A stretch of 9,215 nucleotides of DNA from a virus (lineage: Duplodnaviria; Heunggongvirae; Uroviricota; Caudoviricetes). The stretch lies in the IMG/VR virus record IMGVR_UViG_2703719355_000010. One strand, 5' to 3'. Both the position numbers and the translations under genes were made by a program. Below are positions 1 through 6,200 of the stretch, piece after piece; the stretch's first letter is position 1, and the number at the start of each line of letters is the position of its first letter. Below the pieces are notes generated by a model that did not search any database, was not told the DNA's origin, and saw only the letters and a list, made by a program, of their open reading frames with translations.

Positions 1-65
1 CTCCTCCGGCAGAAGCAGAAAAAGCTTATTATGCTTCCATCGGAAACGATGATCTGGCAGCCTGA
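1..65 (+). CDS. IS3-family transposase (OrfB-like), C-terminal fragment; 5' part lies outside the window
   Basis: Frame starting at nt 3 translates to PPAEAEKAYYASIGNDDLAA, stop TGA at 63-65. This resembles the P-x-E-x-E C-terminal signature of IS3-family transposases and sits about 40 nt before the terminal inverted repeat. Confidence 0.5.
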   Translation, partial: PPAEAEKAYYASIGNDDLAA

Positions 66-82
66 GTTCACAGATAAAACAC

Positions 83-107
83 TCTCCAGGAAACCCGGGG
101 CGGTTCA
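83..107 (+). repeat. 25-bp terminal inverted repeat (IRR) of the IS element
   Basis: Sequence tctccaggaaacccggggcggttca; reverse complement TGAACCGCCCCGGGTTTCCTGGAGA. The identity between the two window ends stops exactly at position 107/108. Confidence 0.6.
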
Positions 108-197
108 GTCTGCGCCGCGCTGCGTGAGTTGAACAAGCACAGGGATATTGTACGACAGATTACTGATTCTTCCCGCCATGTTGCATCGGAAAAGTGA
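108..197 (+). pseudogene. 3' remnant (29 codons) of a gene interrupted by the IS; its position just upstream of the ren-like gene suggests the tail of a replication (P-like) gene
   Basis: Open frame begins at the IS boundary (VCAALRELNKHRDIVRQITDSSRHVASEK) and stops at TGA 195-197, 15 nt before the next gene's ATG. No start codon of its own. Identity is inferred from position only. Confidence 0.3.
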
Positions 198-212
198 TTG
201 CCGGAGGCGCTT

Positions 213-605
213 ATGGCAAAAGTATTTACACAAGAAGAGCGGGAAGAAGTGAAGGCGCGCATTGTGGAATTCGTGCGCCTGAGCGGACGAGAAACTTTTC
301 GACAACTGGCAGATAAAACGGGTGTCAGTAAGACCGCTATTCGTCGTTTATCTGGTGCGCTTGCGGCCAGTGGTGATGTCTGGCTCTCTGGTTGCGGGGT
401 ATTTCCATCAGAGCAGGCGTATCGCGTATGGCGTAAGACACCGGAGAAGGCTGCTGACCCGACACTGATTCGAAAGTTACCTGACGGAGAAATACGTCGT
501 TACAACAGACGGCAGAACATAATTTGTCGTGAGTGCCGCCAGAGCGAAGTTATGCAGCGTGTGCTGGCGTTCTATCGGGGAAACTTTCAGGAGGTGATGT
601 TGTGA
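213..605 (+). CDS. Ren-like protein, 130 aa (N-terminal HTH-like region, C-terminal ECRQS...RVLA motif resembling lambda Ren)
   Basis: ATG at 213 preceded by GGAGG at 203-207. C-terminal IICRECRQSEVMQRVLAFYRG resembles my recollection of lambda Ren (KECRQSAAMKRVLAVYG). Stop overlaps the start of the next gene. The ORF-track start at 198 is a TTG and less likely. Confidence 0.5.
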   Translation: MAKVFTQEEREEVKARIVEFVRLSGRETFRQLADKTGVSKTAIRRLSGALAASGDVWLSGCGVFPSEQAYRVWRKTPEKAADPTLIRKLPDGEIRRYNRRQNIICRECRQSEVMQRVLAFYRGNFQEVML

Positions 606-1075
606 GTGAGTCGGCTACCATTCTCGACATGTGCTGTGGCAGTCGCATGTTCTGGTTTGATAAGAATGACGAACGGGCGATATTTAGCGATATCAGAAAA
701 GAAGAGCACACATTGTGTGATGGACGACGCCTGATTATCAGTCCTGACCTGATAGCAGATTTTCGAGCATTACCATTTGCAGACGCATCGTTTCCGGTTG
801 TTGTATTCGACCCTCCGCATCTTGAGCGTGTTGGTGATAACGCCTGGATGGGAAAGAAATATGGACGGCTGAATAAAGATACCTGGCGAGATGATTTGCG
901 GCAGGGATTTAAAGAAGCCTTTCGTGTGTTGTGCCCACGCGGCGTTCTGATTTTTAAATGGAATGAAACGCAAATACCTGTTCGCCAGATATTGGTACTG
1001 ACCGACAGAAAACCTGTTATCGGTCAACGAACAGGAAAAAACGATAAAACCCACTGGATTATTTTTATGAAATAG
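602..1075 (+). CDS. Small phage-type DNA N6-adenine methyltransferase, 157 aa
   Basis: GTG at 602 with AGGAGG 8-13 nt upstream, overlapping the previous stop. SAM-binding-like LDMCCGSRMF near the N-terminus and catalytic motif VVFDPPH (DPPY/DPPH class). Size fits the small phage Dam-like family. Preferred over the upstream ATG at 533, which has no RBS and would overlap the Ren-like gene by about 70 nt. Confidence 0.7.
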   Translation: MSESATILDMCCGSRMFWFDKNDERAIFSDIRKEEHTLCDGRRLIISPDLIADFRALPFADASFPVVVFDPPHLERVGDNAWMGKKYGRLNKDTWRDDLRQGFKEAFRVLCPRGVLIFKWNETQIPVRQILVLTDRKPVIGQRTGKNDKTHWIIFMK

Positions 1076-1323
1076 GCATCCAGTGAGTAGGTTCGTAAGG
1101 TTACAGATGCGTATATCTGAATAATTAAATTCAGTTCTGTAAATAAAATTTAATCCTTAACCGGAGGGATTCCTGCACCCTCAGAACATCAGGAGACCGC
1201 CCGAAAGGGCGGTAATGAAAAATGGCTGAATGAACCAAATGGCTACAAAACACGATTACCGGAATTGAAACGGTAGTAGACGATAAATCGTTTGTATGTG
1301 ATGAAATAGTATTCAAAATCGAT

Positions 1324-1689
1324 GTGGTTAAAAACGTACTTACCGCATTTAAAGTCGCGCTGGTATCGCTGGAAGCCGAACCGGTGACATGGCGATATCG
1401 CTACGTGAGAAAAGGCGTTACGAACTTTCAGGAGAAGCCGTGGGTTGGTGACTGGAAATATGTACCGACAAAAGAGGATTGCAACGACAGGCCGAACTAT
1501 GAAATTCAGGCGTTATTCACGGCCCAGCCTGTGCCACTGACACCCGAAGGATTGATTAAAGCGGTGCGCTTCTATGAACAGGTTAAGAGTGAAAATCCGC
1601 CAGTCGAAACCGGAGCATGGAAAGACGCTGTTGACTGGGTGCTCAAAGAGGCTTGTCAGGCTGTAAACATTGGCATCAAAGGAGAGTGA
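1324..1689 (+). CDS. Hypothetical phage protein, 121 aa
   Basis: Uninterrupted ORF on the same strand as its neighbours, ending 1 nt before the next gene's ATG. Start is uncertain (GTG at 1324, no clear RBS). Shares the motif AL-x-SLEA-(D/E)-PV with the N-terminal region of the 1885..3306 protein. Confidence 0.45.
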   Translation: MVKNVLTAFKVALVSLEAEPVTWRYRYVRKGVTNFQEKPWVGDWKYVPTKEDCNDRPNYEIQALFTAQPVPLTPEGLIKAVRFYEQVKSENPPVETGAWKDAVDWVLKEACQAVNIGIKGE

Positions 1690-1690
1690 G

Positions 1691-1882
1691 ATGAACGGAC
1701 AAATCTCAATTGTTCGACCGGGAGCATGTGACGATTGCGAGATACGAATGATTATTCGTCTGGCGATGGGGAAAACAATAACTGCTCTCATTACTCCAGA
1801 AAATCTCGCATTAGCATTAACAGGAAAGTCAGACCTGCCAGTAGAGCTAAAGCTGCGAAATGTTGAGATTAAGGTGAAATAG
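1691..1882 (+). CDS. Hypothetical small protein, 63 aa
   Basis: ATG at 1691 with GGAG 6 nt upstream; stop is 2 nt before the next ATG (tight, operon-like packing). No family recognised. Confidence 0.5.
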   Translation: MNGQISIVRPGACDDCEIRMIIRLAMGKTITALITPENLALALTGKSDLPVELKLRNVEIKVK

Positions 1883-1884
1883 CT

Positions 1885-3306
1885 ATGACCACTATTACCA
1901 AAGAGCGACTGCTGACAATCAAGCAGTGGCGCGAAACATACGGACCTGGTAGCAACGTTGTACTGCCAGCAGAAGAAGCGGAAGAACTGGCACGGATTGC
2001 ACTGGCATCATTGGAAGCAGATCCAGTTAAACGAGTTAACTCAGATCAGATGCACCGAGTCTGCTTAGAAGCTAATCGCTATTTAGATAAATATGACGCG
2101 ATGGCGAAAGAGGTAAATAAGTTGCTTGGACGCATCGCCCCGCCAGCGCCAGTATTTAACGGCGAATACGGTGACGCATATCAGGGCGCTCGTGAAGACC
2201 TGTCCATCTGGAAACGGCGAGCGCTTGAAGCTGATGAGCACGTTCGGCGACTGGAGCAAATCAATGACCACATGGTGAAAGAGGCGCAGGGAGAATCACG
2301 CATGGGCGAGCCTGTAATACGTGAGCCAGCACCGGTAGTGCCTGAAGAAGCAACTCCGGAAAACGTAGAAATGCTCTCTGGCTATGTTTCAACGTACAAA
2401 TTAACCGATAGCGAGCGCGATATTGCTGCCGAAATATGGAACGCCTGCCGCGCCGCCATGCTTCAGTCAGGAAACTTTCGGGAAAACAAGAATTCGTCAA
2501 CCAATAATTTTCGGGAAATCGAGGAAACGTCAACCAACTATCCGGCAATTCCTAGTGAGGTGTTGTCCGCAATCCTGAAGGTTGCCAGGATTCGTGCCGA
2601 TTTCGATGATTTTGACGGTGACAGGCGAGGTATCGGTGATTGTCTGGATGAGGCTGAGCAAGAGCTTATCGTTACCATTAACAAATATGCCAGTCAGTTG
2701 GCAGCAGAACCGATAGCGACTAATGACGTTCGAGAGCAGCAGACAGCCGTTCCGCCAGTTCCGGAAATACAGGCTGATGTCGCGCAAGCAATTGAAAATC
2801 TCAAGCAGAAGCTAGTGGAATGTAATCGCTATAACTACTGCGCAGATGCAGTTAAAGGCGTAGAGGATGCCTGCCGTGCTGTTAGCTATAGCCAAGCCGA
2901 CAATCAACCAGCATCTGGCAACCAGGCTGCCGAATCCAATCGCGGTAATGAGTGGACTGGCAATCCTGATATTGATAACGCCATCATCATGCTCGACCGC
3001 ATAGATACGCTGGAAAATTGCGATGATGACCGTATTGAGGCTGTTAAGGCTGTTTTGCGTAGACTGGCTGGCAACTATCCGGTAACTCCGGATGGTTGGA
3101 TAAGCTGTAGTGAGCGAATGCCGAATACCAAAACAGCCGTTCTTGTTGCCGTGGAGTTTGACAGGAAAGGTGACTGGCGAATGAAATGGGCTACTTACAT
3201 CCCGGGGCATCCTGACGCTAATGATGGGTGGATAATTCCTGGTGCGTCGTGGAAACCGTCACACTGGATGCCGCTACCAGAACCGCCGCAGGAGGTGCGC
3301 CAATGA
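1885..3306 (+). CDS. Large phage protein, 473 aa, with C-terminal DUF551-like domain (Eaa/Ea22-type moron protein)
   Basis: Long ORF with ATG at 1885. C-terminal 70 aa (DGWISCSERMPNTKTAVLV...GWIIPGASWKPSHWMPLPEPP) resemble the DUF551 domain common at the C-terminus of enterobacterial prophage proteins. Contains an internal 33-nt imperfect tandem repeat. Confidence 0.65.
   Translation: MTTITKERLLTIKQWRETYGPGSNVVLPAEEAEELARIALASLEADPVKRVNSDQMHRVCLEANRYLDKYDAMAKEVNKLLGRIAPPAPVFNGEYGDAYQGAREDLSIWKRRALEADEHVRRLEQINDHMVKEAQGESRMGEPVIREPAPVVPEEATPENVEMLSGYVSTYKLTDSERDIAAEIWNACRAAMLQSGNFRENKNSSTNNFREIEETSTNYPAIPSEVLSAILKVARIRADFDDFDGDRRGIGDCLDEAEQELIVTINKYASQLAAEPIATNDVREQQTAVPPVPEIQADVAQAIENLKQKLVECNRYNYCADAVKGVEDACRAVSYSQADNQPASGNQAAESNRGNEWTGNPDIDNAIIMLDRIDTLENCDDDRIEAVKAVLRRLAGNYPVTPDGWISCSERMPNTKTAVLVAVEFDRKGDWRMKWATYIPGHPDANDGWIIPGASWKPSHWMPLPEPPQEVRQ
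2473..2538. repeat. In-frame imperfect tandem duplication (2 x 33 nt) inside the 473-aa gene
   Basis: aactttcgggaaaacaagaattcgtcaaccaat followed by aattttcgggaaatcgaggaaacgtcaaccaac, encoding NFRENKNSSTN / NFREIEETSTN. Confidence 0.6.
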
Positions 3307-3386
3307 TCTGGCCTGAAGCCTTTGCAATTACAGGCGTTGCTATAGCTATTGATTTTTTAGTATATGTTATTTGTCGGTGGGGGTAA
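3303..3386 (+). CDS. Candidate small hydrophobic peptide, 27 aa
   Basis: ATG at 3303 overlaps the stop of the upstream gene (ATGA), suggesting translational coupling. Product MIWPEAFAITGVAIAIDFLVYVICRWG is mostly one hydrophobic helix. Too short for the supplied ORF track. Confidence 0.3.
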   Translation: MIWPEAFAITGVAIAIDFLVYVICRWG

Positions 3387-3421
3387 AAACGTTCGCCGGG
3401 ATTCACACCAAAGGAGGGAAT

Positions 3422-3526
3422 ATGTCGGATGATATTTCACTGGCAATGGAAGGTGCGCTGGCTGTTATTGCTGTTGTGGGCGTTTACTGCCTGGTTGTGT
3501 TTTTGATGGATCGACTAGGGAACTGA
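3422..3526 (+). CDS. Candidate small membrane peptide, 34 aa
   Basis: Strong RBS AAGGAGGG 4 nt upstream of ATG 3422. Product MSDDISLAMEGALAVIAVVGVYCLVVFLMDRLGN has an acidic N-terminus and a single predicted transmembrane helix. Too short for the supplied ORF track. Confidence 0.45.
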   Translation: MSDDISLAMEGALAVIAVVGVYCLVVFLMDRLGN

Positions 3527-3535
3527 ATTCATTAC

Positions 3536-3555
3536 GATATGGGAATTCCCATATC
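3536..3555. promoter_or_regulatory. 20-bp perfect palindrome GATATGGGAATTCCCATATC; candidate operator for a dimeric DNA-binding protein
   Basis: Perfect dyad symmetry read directly from the sequence, about 35 bp upstream of the predicted hok-locus promoter. No U-tract on either strand, so not an intrinsic terminator. Confidence 0.4.
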
Positions 3556-3567
3556 GGGTAAAAACGG

Positions 3568-3596
3568 TTTGCGGTAAAGCGAGAGTTAAGTAGAAT
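3568..3596 (+). promoter_or_regulatory. Candidate promoter of the hok/mok mRNA (-10 TAGAAT at 3591-3596, weak -35 around 3568-3574)
   Basis: A -10 hexamer TAGAAT lies 5 nt before position 3601, where the sequence that base-pairs with the mRNA 3' end begins. Confidence 0.4.
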
Positions 3597-3714
3597 TGCT
3601 GCGGGTGCTTGAGGCTATCTGCCTCGGGCATGCCACCGTAAGGCAGACAGAGAAAAGCCCCAGTTAACATTACGCGTCCGGCAAGACGCTTAACATTAAT
3701 CTGAGGCCATATCT

Positions 3715-3927
3715 ATGACTTGCACATGTAGGTTAGCCTCTTACGTGCCGAAAGGCAAGGAGAAGCAGGCTATGAAGCAGCAAAAGGCGATGTTAATCGC
3801 CCTGATCGTCATCTGTTTAACCGTCATAGTGACGGCACTGGTAACGAGGAAAGACCTCTGCGAGGTACGAATCCGAACCGGTCAGACGGAGGTCGCTGTC
3901 TTCGTAGACTACGAATCTGAGAAGTAA
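3715..3927 (+). CDS. mok: Mok-like reading frame: in-frame N-terminal extension of hok (70 aa)
   Basis: ATG at 3715 in frame with hok, mirroring the mokC/hokC arrangement I recall, where the mok frame governs hok translation. Confidence 0.55.
   Translation: MTCTCRLASYVPKGKEKQAMKQQKAMLIALIVICLTVIVTALVTRKDLCEVRIRTGQTEVAVFVDYESEK
3772..3927 (+). CDS. hok: Hok/Gef-family type I toxin, 51 aa
   Basis: Product MKQQKAMLIALIVICLTVIVTALVTRKDLCEVRIRTGQTEVAVFVDYESEK is near-identical in pattern to HokC/Gef as I recall it (MKQHKAMIVALIVICITAVVAALVTRKDLCEVHIRTGQTEVAVF...). RBS AAGGAG is 9 nt upstream. The predicted mRNA 5' end (3601-3614) pairs with the 3' end (3977-3991), the fold-back arrangement typical of hok mRNAs. 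Confidence 0.85.
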   Translation: MKQQKAMLIALIVICLTVIVTALVTRKDLCEVRIRTGQTEVAVFVDYESEK

Positions 3928-3994
3928 GAGACCAGGCGGGGGAGTAATCTCCCGCCACCTCTGATGTGTCAGGCATCCTCAACGCACCCGCACT

Positions 3995-4020
3995 AAACCC
4001 GCTTCGGCGGGTTTTTTGTT
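3995..4020 (+). terminator. Intrinsic terminator at the end of the hok transcript
   Basis: Hairpin ACCCGC-TTCG-GCGGGT followed by TTTTTTGTT. Confidence 0.75.
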
Positions 4021-4202
4021 GCGTGCTGAATGCGCAGGGTGAAAAATAACCATATATTTGATTATATACACAACAAAAAATAAAAGTCATTGTACCTGCA
4101 CATTAAATAATCAAATATACAGCGTGAAATAAATATTTTTCAGATTAATATTTTTGTCTCTATGTGGATATAACCGTTTGTACTTATAAACTCGGAGGCA
4201 TC

Positions 4203-4415
4203 GTGGAAAAAATAAAGAAACTATTTAGTTGCAAATACGCAGTCATACGTCGTGATGACCTGTCAGTTATAGTCGAAATGGATTACTTCCCTGAAACCCC
4301 AAAATCAATGATGTATCGTAATGGTCGAAAGGCAATTTTTTTACCGATGAGGGTAAGTGACATTATGGGAAATGATAAACTGCTGGATGAATTGCGAGTC
4401 AGAGCATCCTGTTAG
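4203..4415 (+). CDS. Hypothetical protein, 70 aa, encoded in an AT-rich island (moron-like)
   Basis: GTG at 4203 with GGAGG 4 nt upstream. Preceded by about 180 bp of very AT-rich sequence directly after the hok terminator. No family recognised; start uncertain (track ORF begins at GTG 4164). Confidence 0.4.
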   Translation: MEKIKKLFSCKYAVIRRDDLSVIVEMDYFPETPKSMMYRNGRKAIFLPMRVSDIMGNDKLLDELRVRASC

Positions 4416-4486
4416 TATTGGCATTAATTCTGGTATACTACATAACGGGCTGAACACCCATTCTACTGCGCCAGCGGAGAACTACG

Positions 4487-5086
4487 ATGGCGCATATACA
4501 ACTGGTCAAACAAACCTCTTCCGGATTACTTCTCCCGGCGACACCGGAGAGTTGCGATTTTTTGCATCAAATCAAAATAGGCGAGTGGATACACGCAGAC
4601 TTTAAGCGTGTGCGTAACTACGCATTCCACAAGCGTTTTTTCAAACTCCTGCAACTGGGATTCGATTACTGGACTCCGGTCGGTGGGGCGATCACGCCTC
4701 GCGAACGAGAACTGCTGTCTGGTTTCGTTGATTACCTGTGCGAATCAGTTGGTCGGGAACACACGCCAGCCCTGAGTGATGCCGCAGAGCAATATCTGAA
4801 TACAGTTGCGACACGCAGAACCCGGGATACGGCATTGTTAAAGTCGTTTGAGGCTTTTCGCGAGTGGGTAACCATTCAGGCTGGATTTTACACCGAACAT
4901 TTTTATCCGGACGGTAGCCATGGGCGTCGGGCGAAATCCATCGCTTTTGCGAATATGGACGAAACCGAGTTTCAGCAGGTTTATAAATCTGTTCTGAATG
5001 TGCTGTGGAACTGGATTCTGTTCCGTAAATTTTCCTCTCCGGAACAAGTCGAAAATGTGGCCGCGCAGCTGCTGGAGTTTGCGTAA
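4487..5086 (+). CDS. Lambdoid nin-region protein, 199 aa (DUF1367-like)
   Basis: ATG at 4487; stop overlaps the next start (TAATG). Size and position immediately upstream of a YbcO-like gene and Q fit the DUF1367 family; assignment is by recollection and gene context. Confidence 0.6.
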   Translation: MAHIQLVKQTSSGLLLPATPESCDFLHQIKIGEWIHADFKRVRNYAFHKRFFKLLQLGFDYWTPVGGAITPRERELLSGFVDYLCESVGREHTPALSDAAEQYLNTVATRRTRDTALLKSFEAFREWVTIQAGFYTEHFYPDGSHGRRAKSIAFANMDETEFQQVYKSVLNVLWNWILFRKFSSPEQVENVAAQLLEFA

Positions 5087-5376
5087 TGGTGGATTTACGT
5101 AAAGCGGCGCGGGGGCAGATGTGCACCGTCAGAATTCCTGGCTACTGCAATCACGATCCGGAAACGTCTGTGCTGGCGCATTACCGACTGGCGGGAACGT
5201 GCGGAACAGCGATAAAGCCACACGATATGCAGGCAGCGATTGCCTGTAGCTCGTGCCATGATTTAATCGACGGGCGGGTAAAAACCGGCGATTACACCAA
5301 AGAAGAATTACGCCTGATGCATGCAGAAGGTGTTTTTCGCACACAAGAAATCTGGAGAAAGGAGGGATATTTATGA
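5086..5376 (+). CDS. YbcO-like protein, 96 aa (DUF1364, putative metal-binding nuclease)
   Basis: Product MVDLRKAARGQMCTVRIPGYCNHDPETSVLAHYRL...IACSSCHDLIDGR closely follows the pattern of DLP12 YbcO as I recall it (LRKAARG...C.VRIPG.CN..PETSVLAH.RL...IACS.CHD.ID), including the conserved Cys/His positions. Overlapping start and stop with both neighbours. Confidence 0.75.
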   Translation: MVDLRKAARGQMCTVRIPGYCNHDPETSVLAHYRLAGTCGTAIKPHDMQAAIACSSCHDLIDGRVKTGDYTKEELRLMHAEGVFRTQEIWRKEGYL

Positions 5377-5927
5377 TTTACCCAACGAATACAGGAAAAA
5401 GCGGAGAACACCTTCGTCTCACCACGCTGGAAAGTGTCTGGATTCAGGGAAAACTACGTATGTGGGGGCGCTGGTCGTATATTGGCGGCGGTAAGACGGG
5501 AAATATGTTTAACCAGTTGCTGACCTCTAAAAAGCTAACAAAAACGGCAATTAATGAGGCGCTCCGGAGGATGAAAAAAGCAGGTCTGGACAAACCTGAA
5601 CTTGAGGCTTTTTTGCGGGATATGATCAACGGCAAGCAAAAAAGCTGGCTGGTGCATTGTACTGATGCAGAGGCGTTATGCATTGATCGGGTGATTAGTG
5701 AAGTGCTGGCAGAACACCCAGGATTGATTTGTATCCTCCGGCAAAGATATGAAGGGCGGGGGATGAGTAAGCGCAAAATGGCTGAATTGCTAAATGATGC
5801 ACACCCTGAGTGGTGTTTTCGGACGTGCTGCAGTCGGGTAGATGTATGGCTAAATCTTGCTGAATATATGCTCTATCTGCCGATGCGTGATGCATTCTCT
5901 TCCGGGTATTTAAAAACTGTCTGTTGA
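5373..5927 (+). CDS. Putative late-gene antiterminator Q (non-lambda Q family), 184 aa
   Basis: ATG at 5373 with GGAGGG 6 nt upstream. Sits in the Q position: downstream of nin-type genes and immediately upstream of a strong promoter plus short-transcript terminator. An N-terminal W-G-x-W motif resembles what I recall of Q82/QuuD-type proteins. Family not verified. Confidence 0.55.
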   Translation: MIYPTNTGKSGEHLRLTTLESVWIQGKLRMWGRWSYIGGGKTGNMFNQLLTSKKLTKTAINEALRRMKKAGLDKPELEAFLRDMINGKQKSWLVHCTDAEALCIDRVISEVLAEHPGLICILRQRYEGRGMSKRKMAELLNDAHPEWCFRTCCSRVDVWLNLAEYMLYLPMRDAFSSGYLKTVC

Positions 5928-5953
5928 CTCAATCTGTTATCCGGGGCTATATT
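5924..5953 (+). promoter_or_regulatory. Candidate late promoter (PR'-like): -35 TTGACT at 5924-5929, 18-nt spacer, -10 TATATT at 5948-5953
   Basis: Near-consensus sigma-70 hexamers overlapping the Q stop codon, followed by a hairpin at 5961-5978 (CGCCAG-CAAAAT-CTGGCG) in the initially transcribed region, as expected around a Q-utilisation/pause site. Confidence 0.5.
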
Positions 5954-6015
5954 CCTCACGCGCCAGCAAAATCTGGCGTCGGGATTAGGAACCCCGGATA
6001 GAGACCGCGACAGAC

Positions 6016-6040
6016 ACACGCCGCGAGCGTGTTTTTTATT
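6016..6040 (+). terminator. tR'-like intrinsic terminator downstream of the late promoter
   Basis: Hairpin ACACGC-CGCGA-GCGTGT followed by TTTTTATT, about 60-80 nt downstream of the predicted start site, analogous to the lambda PR'-tR' short transcript. Confidence 0.55.
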
Positions 6041-6200
6041 GTCGTATGCACGCGCACATCTGAATTATGGTGGGGCGTATGGGGGAGCTGAAAAGCTCGC
6101 CGGTTGGTTTCCCGGTAGTTCCTAACCCTGTACGTCTCACCACCCGATGATTAGGAACCTGACGGTGGTGATGGTTTAGAAACCACCAGAGGGCGTCATT

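Larger units (their letters stand above)
1..107 (+). mobile_element. Right-end fragment of an IS3-family insertion sequence (IS629-like); the element continues to the left of the window
   Basis: 1..107 is a perfect reverse complement of 9109..9215. The inner boundary ends in ...GGTTCA; its reverse complement TGAACCGCCCCGGG... matches the IS3-group terminal repeat as I recall it. A reading frame with a transposase-like C-terminus stops at 63-65. Family and name are from memory, not a search. Confidence 0.7.

Noticed and set aside
68-305. Minus-strand ORFs 68..262 and 105..305 from the six-frame track
   Set aside because: They run antisense across the IS end and the Ren-like gene, have no RBS, and the first shares its C-terminus with the chimeric tail of 8924..9148 only because both read through the IS terminal repeat. 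Treated as artefacts of the inverted repeat.
533-601. Upstream ATG at 533 as the methyltransferase start
   Set aside because: No RBS, and it would overlap the Ren-like gene by about 70 nt in another frame. GTG 602 has a perfect AGGAGG RBS and starts just before the SAM-binding-like motif.
770-1054. Minus-strand ORF (94 aa) inside the methyltransferase gene
   Set aside because: Fully contained antisense to a well-supported CDS; no RBS or recognisable domain.
1196-1213. GAAA-tetraloop hairpin ACCGCCC-GAAA-GGGCGGT as an intrinsic terminator
   Set aside because: No U-tract follows on either strand. It may be an RNA stability or processing element, but it does not meet the criteria for a Rho-independent terminator.
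2083-3210. Minus-strand ORFs 2083..2271, 2261..2548, 2530..2787 and 2812..3210
   Set aside because: All lie antisense within the 473-aa CDS, tile it without RBSs, and have low-complexity, Cys/Arg-rich composition typical of shadow ORFs.
4357-4605. Plus-strand ORF (82 aa) overlapping the end of the 70-aa gene and the start of the DUF1367-like gene
   Set aside because: Out of frame with two better-supported genes, no RBS, and a product without hydrophobic core or motifs.
4692-5776. Minus-strand ORFs 4692..5126, 4838..5047, 5129..5344 and 5444..5776
   Set aside because: Antisense to the DUF1367-like, YbcO-like and Q-like genes, which have overlapping stop/start coupling and recognisable motifs on the plus strand.
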